Positions 1 through 9,632 of a stretch of 64,000 nucleotides of DNA are shown here, one piece after another. Each line of letters begins with the position of its first letter. Positions within the stretch are counted from its first letter, which is position 1. Source of the stretch: a virus. The notes under the pieces were generated by a model. It did not search any database. It saw only the letters and a program-made list of their open reading frames with translations, and was not told the origin of the DNA. The translations under genes and the position numbers were made by a program. The DNA lies in the IMG/VR virus record IMGVR_UViG_3300017991_000003, positions 64,001 to 128,000 of that record; one strand, 5' to 3'.

Positions 1-302
1 AGGTATCCCATGATCTGGACGCCCTCGCTCAGGTAGCGCTTGATCACCGCCCGCCGGGCCTTGGATTGCATCTCACCCGGGACCAGGATTCCGAAGGTCA
101 GAAGCGCCCGGTAAGCCTCGTTGAGATGATCGTAGAGCGCTGCCCTGATATTGCTGTGCTCGGTTCGAGCGGCATCACCTAGCCGCTGATTGCGGCTGAC
201 ATGGGCGAGGGCGTAGTCCAGCGCTACGATGCGAGACTCGCAGTCCTTGATGCGCTCGAGGCAGGTGCTGAAAGCCTGCTCGATGATTGGTGTGTCGGTC
301 AT
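1..302 (-). CDS. hypothetical protein, 3' end truncated by window edge
   Basis: Minus-strand frame opens with ATG at 302..300 (MTDTPIIEQ...) and appears to run off the window start; its ATG overlaps the stop of ORF 299..628 (ATGA). Not in the ORF track; translated by eye only. Confidence 0.3.
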   Translation of the reverse strand, partial: MTDTPIIEQAFSTCLERIKDCESRIVALDYALAHVSRNQRLGDAARTEHSNIRAALYDHLNEAYRALLTFGILVPGEMQSKARRAVIKRYLSEGVQIMGY

Positions 303-628
303 GGCTTGTCGGGGGTTATCGCCAGGAGACGGCCTCGGGGGCAGTCGGTTTCGTGACCACCGTCGGGGAGGTGGGCGTGACAGGTCGGGCACGCATGGCC
401 CTGGCTTTTGCGGTAATCGTCCTCCTGACGAATGATGTCGATGGCTTCGTAGAGCGCCTCGATGATCTCGGGGATGTCACGCACCATGGCGACTGCCTCA
501 ACACCCGAAAGCGGGACTCGGCCAACGTTCAGGTAGTGGCCGATACGGGCCAGGTTCTCCGGGACATCCCAGGTCTGGGCGATCTCGGAATACATGTCGA
601 GCGGTAGATAGTGCCAGCGGTCGGTCAT
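299..628 (-). CDS. hypothetical protein with Cys/His cluster
   Basis: 109-aa ORF; CPTCHAH...H...C cluster suggests metal binding; overlaps neighbours by 4 nt. Confidence 0.5.
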   Translation of the reverse strand: MTDRWHYLPLDMYSEIAQTWDVPENLARIGHYLNVGRVPLSGVEAVAMVRDIPEIIEALYEAIDIIRQEDDYRKSQGHACPTCHAHLPDGGHETDCPRGRLLAITPDKP

Positions 629-1149
629 GCTTTGTCTCGTAGGAATGGAGCTAGCGCTTTGATCAAGGAGTCACGCTGCTCAGGTGTGAGGTCTTCTAGT
701 ACGGCCTTGGCGTTATCCACCAGGTCCTCGACAGCCGTCGGTTGAATCACATGGCCGTGGAGGACCATCGAGCCTTGCAGGCGGAACGCGCTCGTCTTGC
801 TCGGCATCATGGCAGCCATCCTGAACACACCACGACATCCGCTTCCAGCGTCGCAAAGATGTCCGAGCTTGTAGCTAGAGCCGAAGCCGCAGCCGGTGCA
901 GTAGCAGAGCCACGGGACATCGCCGTCAGGGTCGCTTCCCTCACGCCATTGATTCGCGCGCCGAAGCTCCTTGATCCGCTTTACCGTATGCAGCGGCGTC
1001 TCCGGATCACGGTAGCCGTTCAGCATCCGATTGACCCAGTCGCGCACGGACTCGCCGTGATCACGCTGCCATCCGGCGGCGCCGTGGGTGATCGAAGAGC
1101 CCTCAAGGGAGATGCGGAGCTCGGTCCACCAGTCGTGGTCGTCAGTCAT
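625..1149 (-). CDS. hypothetical Cys-rich protein
   Basis: 174-aa ORF with CYCTGCG...C...C motif; 4-nt overlap with downstream ORF. Confidence 0.5.
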   Translation of the reverse strand: MTDDHDWWTELRISLEGSSITHGAAGWQRDHGESVRDWVNRMLNGYRDPETPLHTVKRIKELRRANQWREGSDPDGDVPWLCYCTGCGFGSSYKLGHLCDAGSGCRGVFRMAAMMPSKTSAFRLQGSMVLHGHVIQPTAVEDLVDNAKAVLEDLTPEQRDSLIKALAPFLRDKA

Positions 1150-1579
1150 TTTGATAGAAGGTGTCAGAGCCTAGACCAGCGCGGTGAAGCTCGAAGACGA
1201 GCTCCTCGTGTAGAGGCTCGAGAGCCCGCCACGCTACAGCGTGAACGAGGTCGTTCAGGGCTTGGTGTTGATGCTGGGGGGTGGATCCAGCTGGGACAGA
1301 ACTCATCACCCTGAGAGGGTCAAGACGTGCCTCGAGCGTGCGCGTTTCAGTGTTGACCTGGATCAGCACCTCGACATACGCCGGCTCTAGGCGATCCCTG
1401 CACCCCGGGACTCGAGTGACCTGTAGGACGCGGATCAGGTTGCTCTGGATCTGGGAGAAGGCGTACTCTCGAGCAACCCGCTGAGCGATGTTTTCACGGG
1501 CCTCGACCTGCTTGATCAGGTCAAGCCGATGCTTGGAGACGAGGCGCTTCAGCTCTCGGCGATCTGGCTCAGTCATCAT
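1142..1579 (-). CDS. hypothetical protein
   Basis: ORF 1142..1657; start moved to internal ATG-ATG at 1579 (MMTEPDRREL...) because a GAGGAG Shine-Dalgarno lies about 6 nt upstream; the 1657 start lacks one. Confidence 0.5.
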   Translation of the reverse strand: MMTEPDRRELKRLVSKHRLDLIKQVEARENIAQRVAREYAFSQIQSNLIRVLQVTRVPGCRDRLEPAYVEVLIQVNTETRTLEARLDPLRVMSSVPAGSTPQHQHQALNDLVHAVAWRALEPLHEELVFELHRAGLGSDTFYQND

Positions 1580-1734
1580 AGCGCTCCTCTTGCCACTTCT
1601 TGTGGAGCCACTCAGCCAGCTCCTCCATGTCGCGCTCAGCCGCAGCTCTGCGGACATCGGAGTCGATGTAGGGATCTACGTGGTCGTCGTCGCACAGCTG
1701 GAGCAGGCGCTCCAAGAAGGCCGTCATGCGGGGG

Positions 1735-2040
1735 TTAGTCATCGGTCTTGTTCTCCATCATCCAGTGCCAGACGGAGTAGGCCCACTTGGAGCCGTAATC
1801 CACGTGGCCGGCAGCGGACTGCTCGGCCTCTTTGATGAGCTCGAGGGGCGGCCGGGGGAGGCCGTGAGCCTCCGCCTGGTCTCGAGCTTCTCGCCAGACG
1901 GCCATGACCTCAGCGTTGTGCCACTCCCGGAACCCGCGTTCTTCTCGATGAGCCGCCTCCTTCTGGAAGGCGTCGTAGAGAGCGCGCGGGATCTCGTGGG
2001 TCGGGCGGAACCAGTCCCTGCCGCCGCTCATGTCTGGCAC
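1735..2040 (-). CDS. hypothetical protein
   Basis: 101-aa ORF in co-directional array. Confidence 0.45.
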   Translation of the reverse strand: MPDMSGGRDWFRPTHEIPRALYDAFQKEAAHREERGFREWHNAEVMAVWREARDQAEAHGLPRPPLELIKEAEQSAAGHVDYGSKWAYSVWHWMMENKTDD

Positions 2041-2525
2041 TCCTCGGGAGTGTCAGCGAGTTGGTCGGGCTTGATGACCGTGGTCTTCACATCAGCCGTG
2101 CCAGTCAGCGCAGCCATTTCGAGCGCATGTCGAATAGCACTGTTGACCTGGTTCCAGCGCGCGCGGAGTACACCGGCCGTAGAGCCGAAGACGCAGTGGG
2201 GGTTGTGGTGCTTGACTAGCTCTTCACCGAACAGGGTCGTGATGGTAATGGAGCCATCACAAAGGGCGCAGGACTCGGTCGGGGCGCTTATGTCTTCCCC
2301 CTCGAGGCTCTCTGCGCAGTTGTTGCAGAGGCACATCCAGAGCCCGTCCGCGTACTTGAGCTGCGAGCACTTCTTGCAGGAGAACTCCCCGCAGGAGTCG
2401 CAGGTATCCGTGATCTGGCCTTCGGGATCACCAGGGGCCCAGCCCCCGCTACCACCCCACCCAGGTGGGGCAAGGCAGTCGTAGTCGGCTACGCGGCAGT
2501 AGCCCTTAGTGGCATCGTTTGTCAT
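2028..2525 (-). CDS. hypothetical Cys-rich protein
   Basis: 165-aa ORF with many CxxC pairs (CDSCGEFSCKKC, CLCNNC, CALC). Confidence 0.5.
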   Translation of the reverse strand: MTNDATKGYCRVADYDCLAPPGWGGSGGWAPGDPEGQITDTCDSCGEFSCKKCSQLKYADGLWMCLCNNCAESLEGEDISAPTESCALCDGSITITTLFGEELVKHHNPHCVFGSTAGVLRARWNQVNSAIRHALEMAALTGTADVKTTVIKPDQLADTPEECQT

Positions 2526-2763
2526 GGGCGCATGTTTGGCAGTAGCGATCGTCGGGAGTCTCTATCGGTTTGAAGCTGTCGCAGACGTCGGGGACGTCGG
2601 TGATGTTGCCCCAATCGCGAGGATCACACTTACACGTCAGAGGGATGAGTACCGGTTTGAAGTGGTGATGATCGTCCTCGGGTTGGAGGCAGTACTGGCA
2701 CATGTCGATGCGGCGTCTAGCCTTCGTCATTGATCGTCTCCATATAGATGCGGGTGGTGTCAC
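2506..2763 (-). CDS. hypothetical small Cys/His-rich protein
   Basis: 85-aa ORF, CQYC...HHH...CKC...CQTC motifs. Confidence 0.45.
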   Translation of the reverse strand: MTPPASIWRRSMTKARRRIDMCQYCLQPEDDHHHFKPVLIPLTCKCDPRDWGNITDVPDVCDSFKPIETPDDRYCQTCAHDKRCH

Positions 2764-2889
2764 CCTGCCGGTCGATTACAAGAGCTCGCCGCCCATCCAC
2801 CCAGTACAGGACGAATATGGCGGCGATGATGATGAGGATGGATGCGAGGTCTCCGCCGCAACCGCGGGGGGCCTGGACCTTGATCTCAC

Positions 2890-3306
2890 TCACCCGCGTC
2901 TCCGGTTACCGCGGGACTCACCCCGCTCCCAGAGGGTCTCGCACGCGTCGCATCGGCACTTGGTCCAAGGCCCGTCACGTAGCTTGCCGACGGCTCCGCA
3001 GAACTCACACTCCTGGCTACTACGCTCCTCTGCACGCTCAATGATGGGCGTGAAGACGTCCATGACTCCACTGGTATAGATGCGGAGCGTGCCGAACTTC
3101 TCCTTGATCTGGACAACTCGGCAGTCGTCTTGGATCACAGCCCGCCGACGCGGACTCATGTGCAGGGATAGCCGGGCAGCTTCCTCCATATCCTCGAGGG
3201 CCTCGAACAGGATGTTGAACCAACCGTCGTGGCAGGAGATGACGTCGGGGTCTGGGAGGGTTAGCGGGGCATGCGCCCCGAGGCATGTCCTAAGTGCTTT
3301 TAGCAT
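2890..3306 (-). CDS. hypothetical protein with C-terminal Cys cluster
   Basis: 138-aa ORF; CEFCG...CRCDAC zinc-ribbon-like tail. Confidence 0.5.
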   Translation of the reverse strand: MLKALRTCLGAHAPLTLPDPDVISCHDGWFNILFEALEDMEEAARLSLHMSPRRRAVIQDDCRVVQIKEKFGTLRIYTSGVMDVFTPIIERAEERSSQECEFCGAVGKLRDGPWTKCRCDACETLWERGESRGNRRRG

Positions 3307-3595
3307 GCTTCAAGGCGCGGCTGCGCTGGAGGTAGGTGAGCCGGATACTAGAGGCGCGGGCCCTCGAGGATGCCATCTCCGCTTTCCACAACTCGTGGTC
3401 ATGGATGGCTTTGAGGCAGTTCAAACAGGTTGTGCCCTCGATGTCCGGGTGCGCGTCCTGGCTGTAAGCCGGTTTGACAGTGTTGGGTACTTTTCGGCCG
3501 CACCATGTGCGCCAAGTCCCGTCATGTCGGTAGCTACCGCCGACGTAGTGACGCCAGGCGTGGTTAGCGCGTGCCACGAGCCTCGGCGACCTCAT
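3290..3595 (-). CDS. hypothetical protein
   Basis: ORF 3290..3682, start moved to internal Met to reduce overlap with 3564..3797; CLNC motif. Start uncertain. Confidence 0.35.
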   Translation of the reverse strand: MRSPRLVARANHAWRHYVGGSYRHDGTWRTWCGRKVPNTVKPAYSQDAHPDIEGTTCLNCLKAIHDHELWKAEMASSRARASSIRLTYLQRSRALKHAKST

Positions 3596-3797
3596 TCCAC
3601 CAACCCGGGCCAACCTGCCGACCCGTGCAGCCGGCGGTGCTGCAATCTTCGTTGAGCCGTTCCTCGGTACCCAGTACCCCACACGCGGTGCAGTAGATAC
3701 GAGTGTAGGGCGGGTCCTTACGCTTGGAGCAGATCCGGCGGTTCTCGCGTCGGACGGAGATAATGAGACGGCACGCCTCAGGAGTGAGCTCTTCCAT
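3564..3797 (-). CDS. hypothetical zinc-ribbon protein
   Basis: 77-aa ORF with CTAC...C...C motif. Confidence 0.4.
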   Translation of the reverse strand: MEELTPEACRLIISVRRENRRICSKRKDPPYTRIYCTACGVLGTEERLNEDCSTAGCTGRQVGPGWWNEVAEARGTR

Positions 3798-3799
3798 GA

Positions 3800-4249
3800 T
3801 CAGGGGATGAGGAGGTTGTGGCAGGGGACGCAGAGACTGGCGGACTCGCCGGCGTTACCCGAGTCGAACTCGACGGGCATCTCGCCGATCGACACGAGCT
3901 CGTGCTCCATGTGGATCGTCTCGCCGCAGTGGTCGCAGAAGACGGGCTCCTTGAGCTCCTCGTCGATGAAGACGATCTCAGCACGGGTCACGCGGCCCTC
4001 GTCGTTGGTGGTGACGATCACACGGTAGGCGCCGTCGCCGTATCCGCTGGGGATGGCCAAGCCGATGCCGGATCCGAGAGGTTCCTGCACACCCGAGCCG
4101 TCAGCCTTTTCGCTTCGGTCCAGGTCTTTGCAGAAGTCGGCCCAGGTCAAGGGCCCGTGGGAGGAGTCCGCGCCGATGATGTAGCAGGGGTCGCCTAGCC
4201 AGATCATGCCGGCGTCGACGCCGATGGTGTGGTAAGTGCGTTTAGGCAT
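3800..4249 (-). CDS. hypothetical protein
   Basis: ORF 3800..4345 trimmed to ATG at 4249 (MPKRTYHTIGVDAG...); CDHCG...CVPCH motifs. Confidence 0.45.
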   Translation of the reverse strand: MPKRTYHTIGVDAGMIWLGDPCYIIGADSSHGPLTWADFCKDLDRSEKADGSGVQEPLGSGIGLAIPSGYGDGAYRVIVTTNDEGRVTRAEIVFIDEELKEPVFCDHCGETIHMEHELVSIGEMPVEFDSGNAGESASLCVPCHNLLIP

Positions 4250-4427
4250 CAGGGGTCTCCTCGATGTGGGCAGCGGGATCGGGGCACGTGTTCGCAGCAA
4301 GCCTCGCCCGGTAGTCGACCGAGGTGAAGTAGACGACAGCGACAAGGAAGGCGCCTAGAGCGAGGCTGAGGGAGATGACAACAGCAGCGCTCGGCCAGTC
4401 GAGGCTTGTGGGTTTTTGGCTATTCAT
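4242..4427 (-). CDS. small membrane protein
   Basis: 61-aa ORF with one hydrophobic helix (AAVVISLSLALGAFLVAVVYF). Confidence 0.4.
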   Translation of the reverse strand: MNSQKPTSLDWPSAAVVISLSLALGAFLVAVVYFTSVDYRARLAANTCPDPAAHIEETPDA

Positions 4428-4486
4428 GAATCAGATAGGAGCAGGGCCTGGTGTACATGAGACTCATGCCACACCAGGCCCTCGCG

Positions 4487-7027
4487 TCAGTTGCGCATAG
4501 CTAGCTCTTCTTCCCGCGTCATGACTCGGGAGGTGCTGGGCTGGGTGATCAGCGGACCACGATCGGGGATCAAGGTCTTGCACCACTCCTGCTCCTCCGG
4601 GAGCAGACGCGCACAGCTGGAGGCCAGCTCAACATCGCCGTTCTCGTCGGCTTCGACGAAGTCGGCCCAGTTCTCTGCGGTGAACAACCGATCCTCGCCC
4701 TTGATCCGAGCGAAGAAGGTGCCGACGGGCGGGACGTTGTCATCGCCCTCTTCAGCCCAGTTGTTGTAGCAGATAGAGGTGTCGGCCAGGATCGGGACAG
4801 ACAGCCCGAACCAGTCGTACTCCATGACGTACTTGATGAGCATGGCCGCCTCTTTGGCGAAGCGGATCGGGCACGCATAGATCAGCTCGTCGTGGACCTG
4901 CCCGATCACCCGTAGGCCTGGGTATCGAGGCAGCACGTACTTGCGGATGATGAACATGTTGGCCTTGATCATGTCCGCCGAGGAGCCTTGCACCTTGGCG
5001 TTCAGGATCTTGCCGGGCATGACGTCGTTGTCGTTGAAGTGACGGTGACGTCCGCTGATCATCAGGAAGCTGCGTTGACCTTTCTGCCACTTACCCTGTA
5101 GCGCCTGCATGTAAGCAGGGATGCCGCTGTAGGTCTGGAAGAAGCCATCACGCCAGAGCGCTGCCTTTTCGATGTCGTACTCGCCCTTAGGCGTGAGTAG
5201 CGGCACCATACGGGCGAACTTCTCCGGCCCCATCCCGTAGTTGAAGCCGAAGTTGACGTTCTTGGCCGGCTTCCGCGGGATCCCGAGGCTCTGCGAGGTC
5301 TTGGCGTGAACATCGCCCGTGTGAAACACGAGCCCGTGGCTCGTGATCGTCTCGTGGTAGACGTTGCGTAGGTTGAAGTCGCCAGTGAAGTGAGAGATCA
5401 CTCGAAGCTCGACCTGGCTCTGGTCGCTGACGATCAGGCAGTAGCCCTCAGGTGCCCACTCATCAGGGGGCGGGCACACGAAGACTTCACGTAGCGCCGG
5501 GCCCAGGCCCTGGATCCTCTCGTCGAAGTGCGCGGGCTTTTTGCGGGAAGGGATGTTCTGGAGGTTGGGTCCAGAACTGCTGAACCGGCCAGTATCCGTA
5601 CCGAAGGAGTTGAAGCGACCGTGCACTTGACCATCCCCGGAGTCTTCAACCTTCTCGCCCATGCTTTCGACATAGGTGCTGAGGAGCTTCGAGACAGTTC
5701 GGAAGTTCAGGATGGCCTGCCCGATCGGATGATCGAGCATGCTCAGCGTGGTGGTGTCCGTGCTGATGTACTGCTCCCGGATCTCGTCCGGGATACGGTC
5801 CGGGTTGCGTAGGTCGACTACGCAGTCTTCCCAGAAGATCCGACCGTTGGCAGGGTTGCGCTTCATGTACCCCTGCTCGAGGCACCACTTGACGCCGTCC
5901 TTGGTCAGCTTCGGTAGCGGGATACGCTCCCCGTTGATCCAAGCCCACCGGAACGTGGGAGGCGTCAGGTACAGCGTCTGGAACAGGAGGGTGCAGAGCT
6001 GCTTCGGGCTGTTGGGGTTGAACTCCTGCTTGGCCAGCTCGTAGCAGTGGGAGCGGAACTCCTCGACTAGCGGACGCATGATATTGCCGCGCTTCTTGAG
6101 CTCCTCGAGATCGATCGTCATACCGGCGATCTCCATGCCGATGGTCTGCCACCGGACATCCATCTCGATCTCCATCCACGTACCTGCGCCATCCTTGCGG
6201 ACCTCGGCGAGGAGCTTACGCAGGAGGGGGAACAGGTAGCGGGCGTCGTCGCGGGCGTAGTCTTTGAGGAGCTTCAGAGCCTGCGCGCGCAGGTTGGCGA
6301 TCTTGGTCTCCGCTCGGGCTGTGTGGGCTCGGACGTAGTCCTCGTACTTCCACCGCTCGAGCTCATCAAAGAGTTCATCCCGCCAGGCCAAGAGAGCGCC
6401 ATTCTCCTCTTTCGACAGGTCCTTGCCGGTGATGCCGCGCTCGTCCAACACTTTCTTGCGGATGGCGTTCCAGGACATGGCAGGGTCGTCGAAGGACGGG
6501 TACGGCCGCCACCAGGTCCCAGGCTGGGACCACTTCTCCAGGTTGTCCTTGTGCATGGCCAGTCGCGCGTTAGTCAGATCGATCTCACGCAGGAGCGGAT
6601 TGTCGAGCGCCGCCTCCTCGTAGGTTGTCATCTGCTTACGCAGCCATTTCTGGACCAGCAGCTTGAGGCCCTTGGGACGCTCCTCGTCAACTGCCCAGGC
6701 GTAGCCGAGCGTGTCGAGGCAGCGGGCCTGCCACTCCTCGTACAGCACCATGCCGGCTCGATGGCCGACGATCACGTCGTAGGGGGCGTTGTGCGCCATC
6801 CCGAACAGCTTCGGGTTCGTAGCTAGGCGCTTGAATGTCTCGCACAGCTCAGGCGTGATCTCGAAAGCCCCGGCGCGGTTAGGTGTCGCCAAAGCTAGGA
6901 CGGTGGGTCGCGCCGTCCACGCGTTCTTCGCGTCCTCAGAGCGTCCGGTCTCCGACTCCGTCTCGAAGTCGAACGCAAAGTAGCCCGTCTCGAGGGCGTC
7001 GGCTTCAATCAGATGTAGAGGATCCAT
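4487..7027 (-). CDS. DNA polymerase, family A, with N-terminal 3'-5' exonuclease domain
   Basis: 846 aa; Exo I FAFDFETE; Pol motif A LIVSDQSQVELRV; motif B RKPAKNVNFGFNYGMG; motif C GQVHDELIY; ATG at 7027..7025. Confidence 0.9.
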   Translation of the reverse strand: MDPLHLIEADALETGYFAFDFETESETGRSEDAKNAWTARPTVLALATPNRAGAFEITPELCETFKRLATNPKLFGMAHNAPYDVIVGHRAGMVLYEEWQARCLDTLGYAWAVDEERPKGLKLLVQKWLRKQMTTYEEAALDNPLLREIDLTNARLAMHKDNLEKWSQPGTWWRPYPSFDDPAMSWNAIRKKVLDERGITGKDLSKEENGALLAWRDELFDELERWKYEDYVRAHTARAETKIANLRAQALKLLKDYARDDARYLFPLLRKLLAEVRKDGAGTWMEIEMDVRWQTIGMEIAGMTIDLEELKKRGNIMRPLVEEFRSHCYELAKQEFNPNSPKQLCTLLFQTLYLTPPTFRWAWINGERIPLPKLTKDGVKWCLEQGYMKRNPANGRIFWEDCVVDLRNPDRIPDEIREQYISTDTTTLSMLDHPIGQAILNFRTVSKLLSTYVESMGEKVEDSGDGQVHGRFNSFGTDTGRFSSSGPNLQNIPSRKKPAHFDERIQGLGPALREVFVCPPPDEWAPEGYCLIVSDQSQVELRVISHFTGDFNLRNVYHETITSHGLVFHTGDVHAKTSQSLGIPRKPAKNVNFGFNYGMGPEKFARMVPLLTPKGEYDIEKAALWRDGFFQTYSGIPAYMQALQGKWQKGQRSFLMISGRHRHFNDNDVMPGKILNAKVQGSSADMIKANMFIIRKYVLPRYPGLRVIGQVHDELIYACPIRFAKEAAMLIKYVMEYDWFGLSVPILADTSICYNNWAEEGDDNVPPVGTFFARIKGEDRLFTAENWADFVEADENGDVELASSCARLLPEEQEWCKTLIPDRGPLITQPSTSRVMTREEELAMRN

Positions 7028-7177
7028 TCAACTCCGGTGGTTAGTTGTAAGCGGGGCTCGGCCACCCGCACCCTCCAGCCCGTGCTAGAGCCAGGACCGA
7101 CACGTCCAAAGCACGTGGAGATTCGCCGAGGCGCAAAGAAGCCCGGACCCCGCGCGGGGATCCGAGCTCCTCAGTCA

Positions 7178-8539
7178 TCAGCCCGAGAAGGGGTCGCCGG
7201 CCAAGGGGTCCTGCCCCTCAGCCGGCTCCTTACCGTCACCGGCCTGCTGAGCCCCCGCATCCGGGAGATCCTGGAGCGCGCCCAGGGCCGATCCCGACGT
7301 CTGAACCGGCTGAGTCGCCGGAGCTTGCGTCACTTCGGGCTGGGCCGGCGGGGCAAGGGGCCCTCCAAGAGGAGGAGCGGCGGGGGCAGCGGGCGCGGGG
7401 GCTGCGGCAGGTGCGGAGCCGGGAAAGGGCAGGCCGCCACCCTGCGGGGCCGGCTGCGGCGCCGGGGCCTGCTGCGGGAAGAGGCCGCTACCCTGCGCCG
7501 GCTGCTGGAACAGCGGGGTCGGAGCAGGCTGAGGCTGAGCACCGGATTGCTGCATCGGCTGCTGCATCGGCTGCTGCATCGGCTGCTGCATCGGCTGAGG
7601 CGCCGCCCCGGCCGGCGGCATTTGACCATAACCCGCGCCGCCGGGGACCGTGCCGGTTGCTTGGGAGCCAGGACAGATCTGATCCATGACCCCCGCGTTG
7701 TAGGAGAGGCCTCGAACACCCGGGTGCTCGTCGCAGATCTGCCGGTGCAGACGCAGGATTTCACGAGCCTCCGCCTCGGAGTAGGCCGGGTAGATCTTGT
7801 TGAAGTCCACCGAGCCGGCCAGAGCCGCGAAGTCGCCCTCAGGGTTGGGGGCCATGTAGGCCGCTAGGGCTGTGACTAGCTCCTCGGTCGTGCCGAACGT
7901 CTGTCCCTGGTTCTCGCCCAAGTAGTACATCGGCATCCAGTTACCCAGCTTCGGGGCCTGCTTCTCGTGGGTGCGGTTCACGTTCCACACCGAGCCAAGG
8001 ATCGAGCGGTTCTTCATCTGACTGAAGGCCAGGAACTGATCGAGCATGGACTGGTTAGAGAACATGACCCAGCGGATGCTCCACGGGATCGTCTGCTGCT
8101 GCTTGTTGACCCAAGGGGTCATGTTGAGGACGGCCGCGGCCATTCCCAGCATCGGTTTCGGCTTACCGAGAGCGGGTCCGAACAGGTCCGGCTGACCGTT
8201 CTCGACCGGGTTACCCGCGTTATCGACGCCGGTGATGTGGGCAGCACGAACGATCTCCCACGTGGGGAAGCTAGCGTTCGGCGTGTTTTTCCACCCAGTA
8301 GCCACCCGGTAGTGCGGGATGAGGGTGACGTCGGAAAGGAAGGCGACCTGGATCTGCTGGCCGCGGGGCGCGAAGAACTCGCGATGAGGCTTGCGCTCGT
8401 CCCAGGTCTTGGACCACGGTCCGCTGCCGGCACCGATGGAGACGTTCTCGTTCTGGGCGATGGCCTGGTACTGCTGAAGGCCGCCCTGGGCTTGACCGCC
8501 TTGAGCGAAGGGGGTCGCGGGGTTCGTGGGGTCTGTCAT
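7178..8539 (-). CDS. hypothetical protein with Gln/Pro/Ala-rich low-complexity C-terminus
   Basis: 453-aa ORF between polymerase and primase; tail contains (QQPM)n encoded by a tandem 12-bp repeat. Confidence 0.6.
   Translation of the reverse strand: MTDPTNPATPFAQGGQAQGGLQQYQAIAQNENVSIGAGSGPWSKTWDERKPHREFFAPRGQQIQVAFLSDVTLIPHYRVATGWKNTPNASFPTWEIVRAAHITGVDNAGNPVENGQPDLFGPALGKPKPMLGMAAAVLNMTPWVNKQQQTIPWSIRWVMFSNQSMLDQFLAFSQMKNRSILGSVWNVNRTHEKQAPKLGNWMPMYYLGENQGQTFGTTEELVTALAAYMAPNPEGDFAALAGSVDFNKIYPAYSEAEAREILRLHRQICDEHPGVRGLSYNAGVMDQICPGSQATGTVPGGAGYGQMPPAGAAPQPMQQPMQQPMQQPMQQSGAQPQPAPTPLFQQPAQGSGLFPQQAPAPQPAPQGGGLPFPGSAPAAAPAPAAPAAPPLGGPLAPPAQPEVTQAPATQPVQTSGSALGALQDLPDAGAQQAGDGKEPAEGQDPLAGDPFSG
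7549..7596. repeat. tandem 12-bp repeat (about 4 copies of tgcatcggctgc)
   Basis: Direct tandem repetition read in the sequence inside CDS 7178..8539; in-frame. Confidence 0.8.
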
Positions 8540-8554
8540 GATTCGTTGCGTCTG

Positions 8555-9574
8555 CTAGAGGAGGGAGGAGTATCGATCTGAGAGGTCTTGTTGCGTCAGG
8601 TACTTCGGGTCCTGATCGAGGTGGTACAGCATGCTAGGCACGCCGTGCTTCGTCAATACTTTGTTGACATTTTTGGCGGCATTCTGACCCTCGACATCGG
8701 GGTCCAGGAGGATGCCCACCAGGGACGGTTCGGAGGCTCGAATCAGCTTGGCCTTCTCCGCTGAGAAGGCGAGCCCGTTGATACCCGCGGCACGAGCCCC
8801 AAGCTGGACCAGGTGCATCGCATCAAAGGGGCCTTCAACCAAGGACAGGGGCTTACCGGCCCCATAGGGCAGTAGATGCTCGCCGAACAGGTGACGGCCG
8901 CTCACGAAAGGCCAGATCGTCCAGTACTTGAGGCCGTTTCCTGCTAGGGGCCGAACCTGTGCTCCGACGCAGCGAACGATGCCGACGTCTGGAGACACCA
9001 GGATGGGGAATACGAGGCAGGGCGCCTTGGTCGTTTTCGGGTTGTCGTATCGGTCGGTCCCCATGCCGTCGTCGGTGTAACCGGCGGGGACGGTGGTGCA
9101 GTAGAACTGCTCGATGGCAAAATCGGGATCGACCCCCTTAGCGGCCAGCACATCCCGTCCGAGGGGGAGCATCGGCACACGTAGCAGGTCAGCTAGGAAC
9201 ACGGTGTAGTCCGTGTCCGGGGTCGTACGGGTCTGTCGAGTGACGCCGGCAGCGGAGAAGTCCAGGCTTTCTAGCGCCAACTCCCGCTCTCGGGCCTTCA
9301 TCTGGAGGGCCAATCCCGCATACTGACCACCACTGAGGCGGTTCAGCTCGAGGAGCGTATCCCCCAGTGATGACAGGTGTTTACACGCGTGGCACTTCAG
9401 GAGGGTCACTCCAGGACCCACCGTCGCGGTCATCGACGGCCTTCGATCAGATCCTTTCCCATGAGTCCACGGAGCCAGCAGGCAGGAAAACTTCACATGG
9501 CGGTCCCCCGCGGGTCGAAGCTCCCCCGCTTGGGGCAGCTGGGCGAGGACGGTTCGGAGCTCTACCTCTTGCAT
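8555..9574 (-). CDS. DNA primase, DnaG-like (zinc finger + TOPRIM)
   Basis: CHC2-like zinc finger (KFSCLLAPWTHG...LKCHACKH) and TOPRIM-like segment (LSLVEGPFDAMH...ILLDPDVEGQNAA). Track start 9634 overlaps the divergent gene at 9633, so internal ATG 9574 used; start uncertain. Confidence 0.7.
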   Translation of the reverse strand: MQEVELRTVLAQLPQAGELRPAGDRHVKFSCLLAPWTHGKGSDRRPSMTATVGPGVTLLKCHACKHLSSLGDTLLELNRLSGGQYAGLALQMKARERELALESLDFSAAGVTRQTRTTPDTDYTVFLADLLRVPMLPLGRDVLAAKGVDPDFAIEQFYCTTVPAGYTDDGMGTDRYDNPKTTKAPCLVFPILVSPDVGIVRCVGAQVRPLAGNGLKYWTIWPFVSGRHLFGEHLLPYGAGKPLSLVEGPFDAMHLVQLGARAAGINGLAFSAEKAKLIRASEPSLVGILLDPDVEGQNAAKNVNKVLTKHGVPSMLYHLDQDPKYLTQQDLSDRYSSLL

Positions 9575-9632
9575 CTTTTCGGGTTCTCGGGGTTGGACTT
9601 CATAAGCTAAGACAGGGGAGGACCCCACACAC

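Noticed and set aside
6323-6826. Plus-strand ORF antisense to the DNA polymerase gene (and similar long ORFs such as 7037..7867, 20602..21474, 22566..23045, 28684..29481, 26194..26751)
   Set aside because: They lie entirely within well-supported genes on the opposite strand and have Arg/Gly/Pro-rich low-complexity translations typical of spurious ORFs in GC-rich DNA
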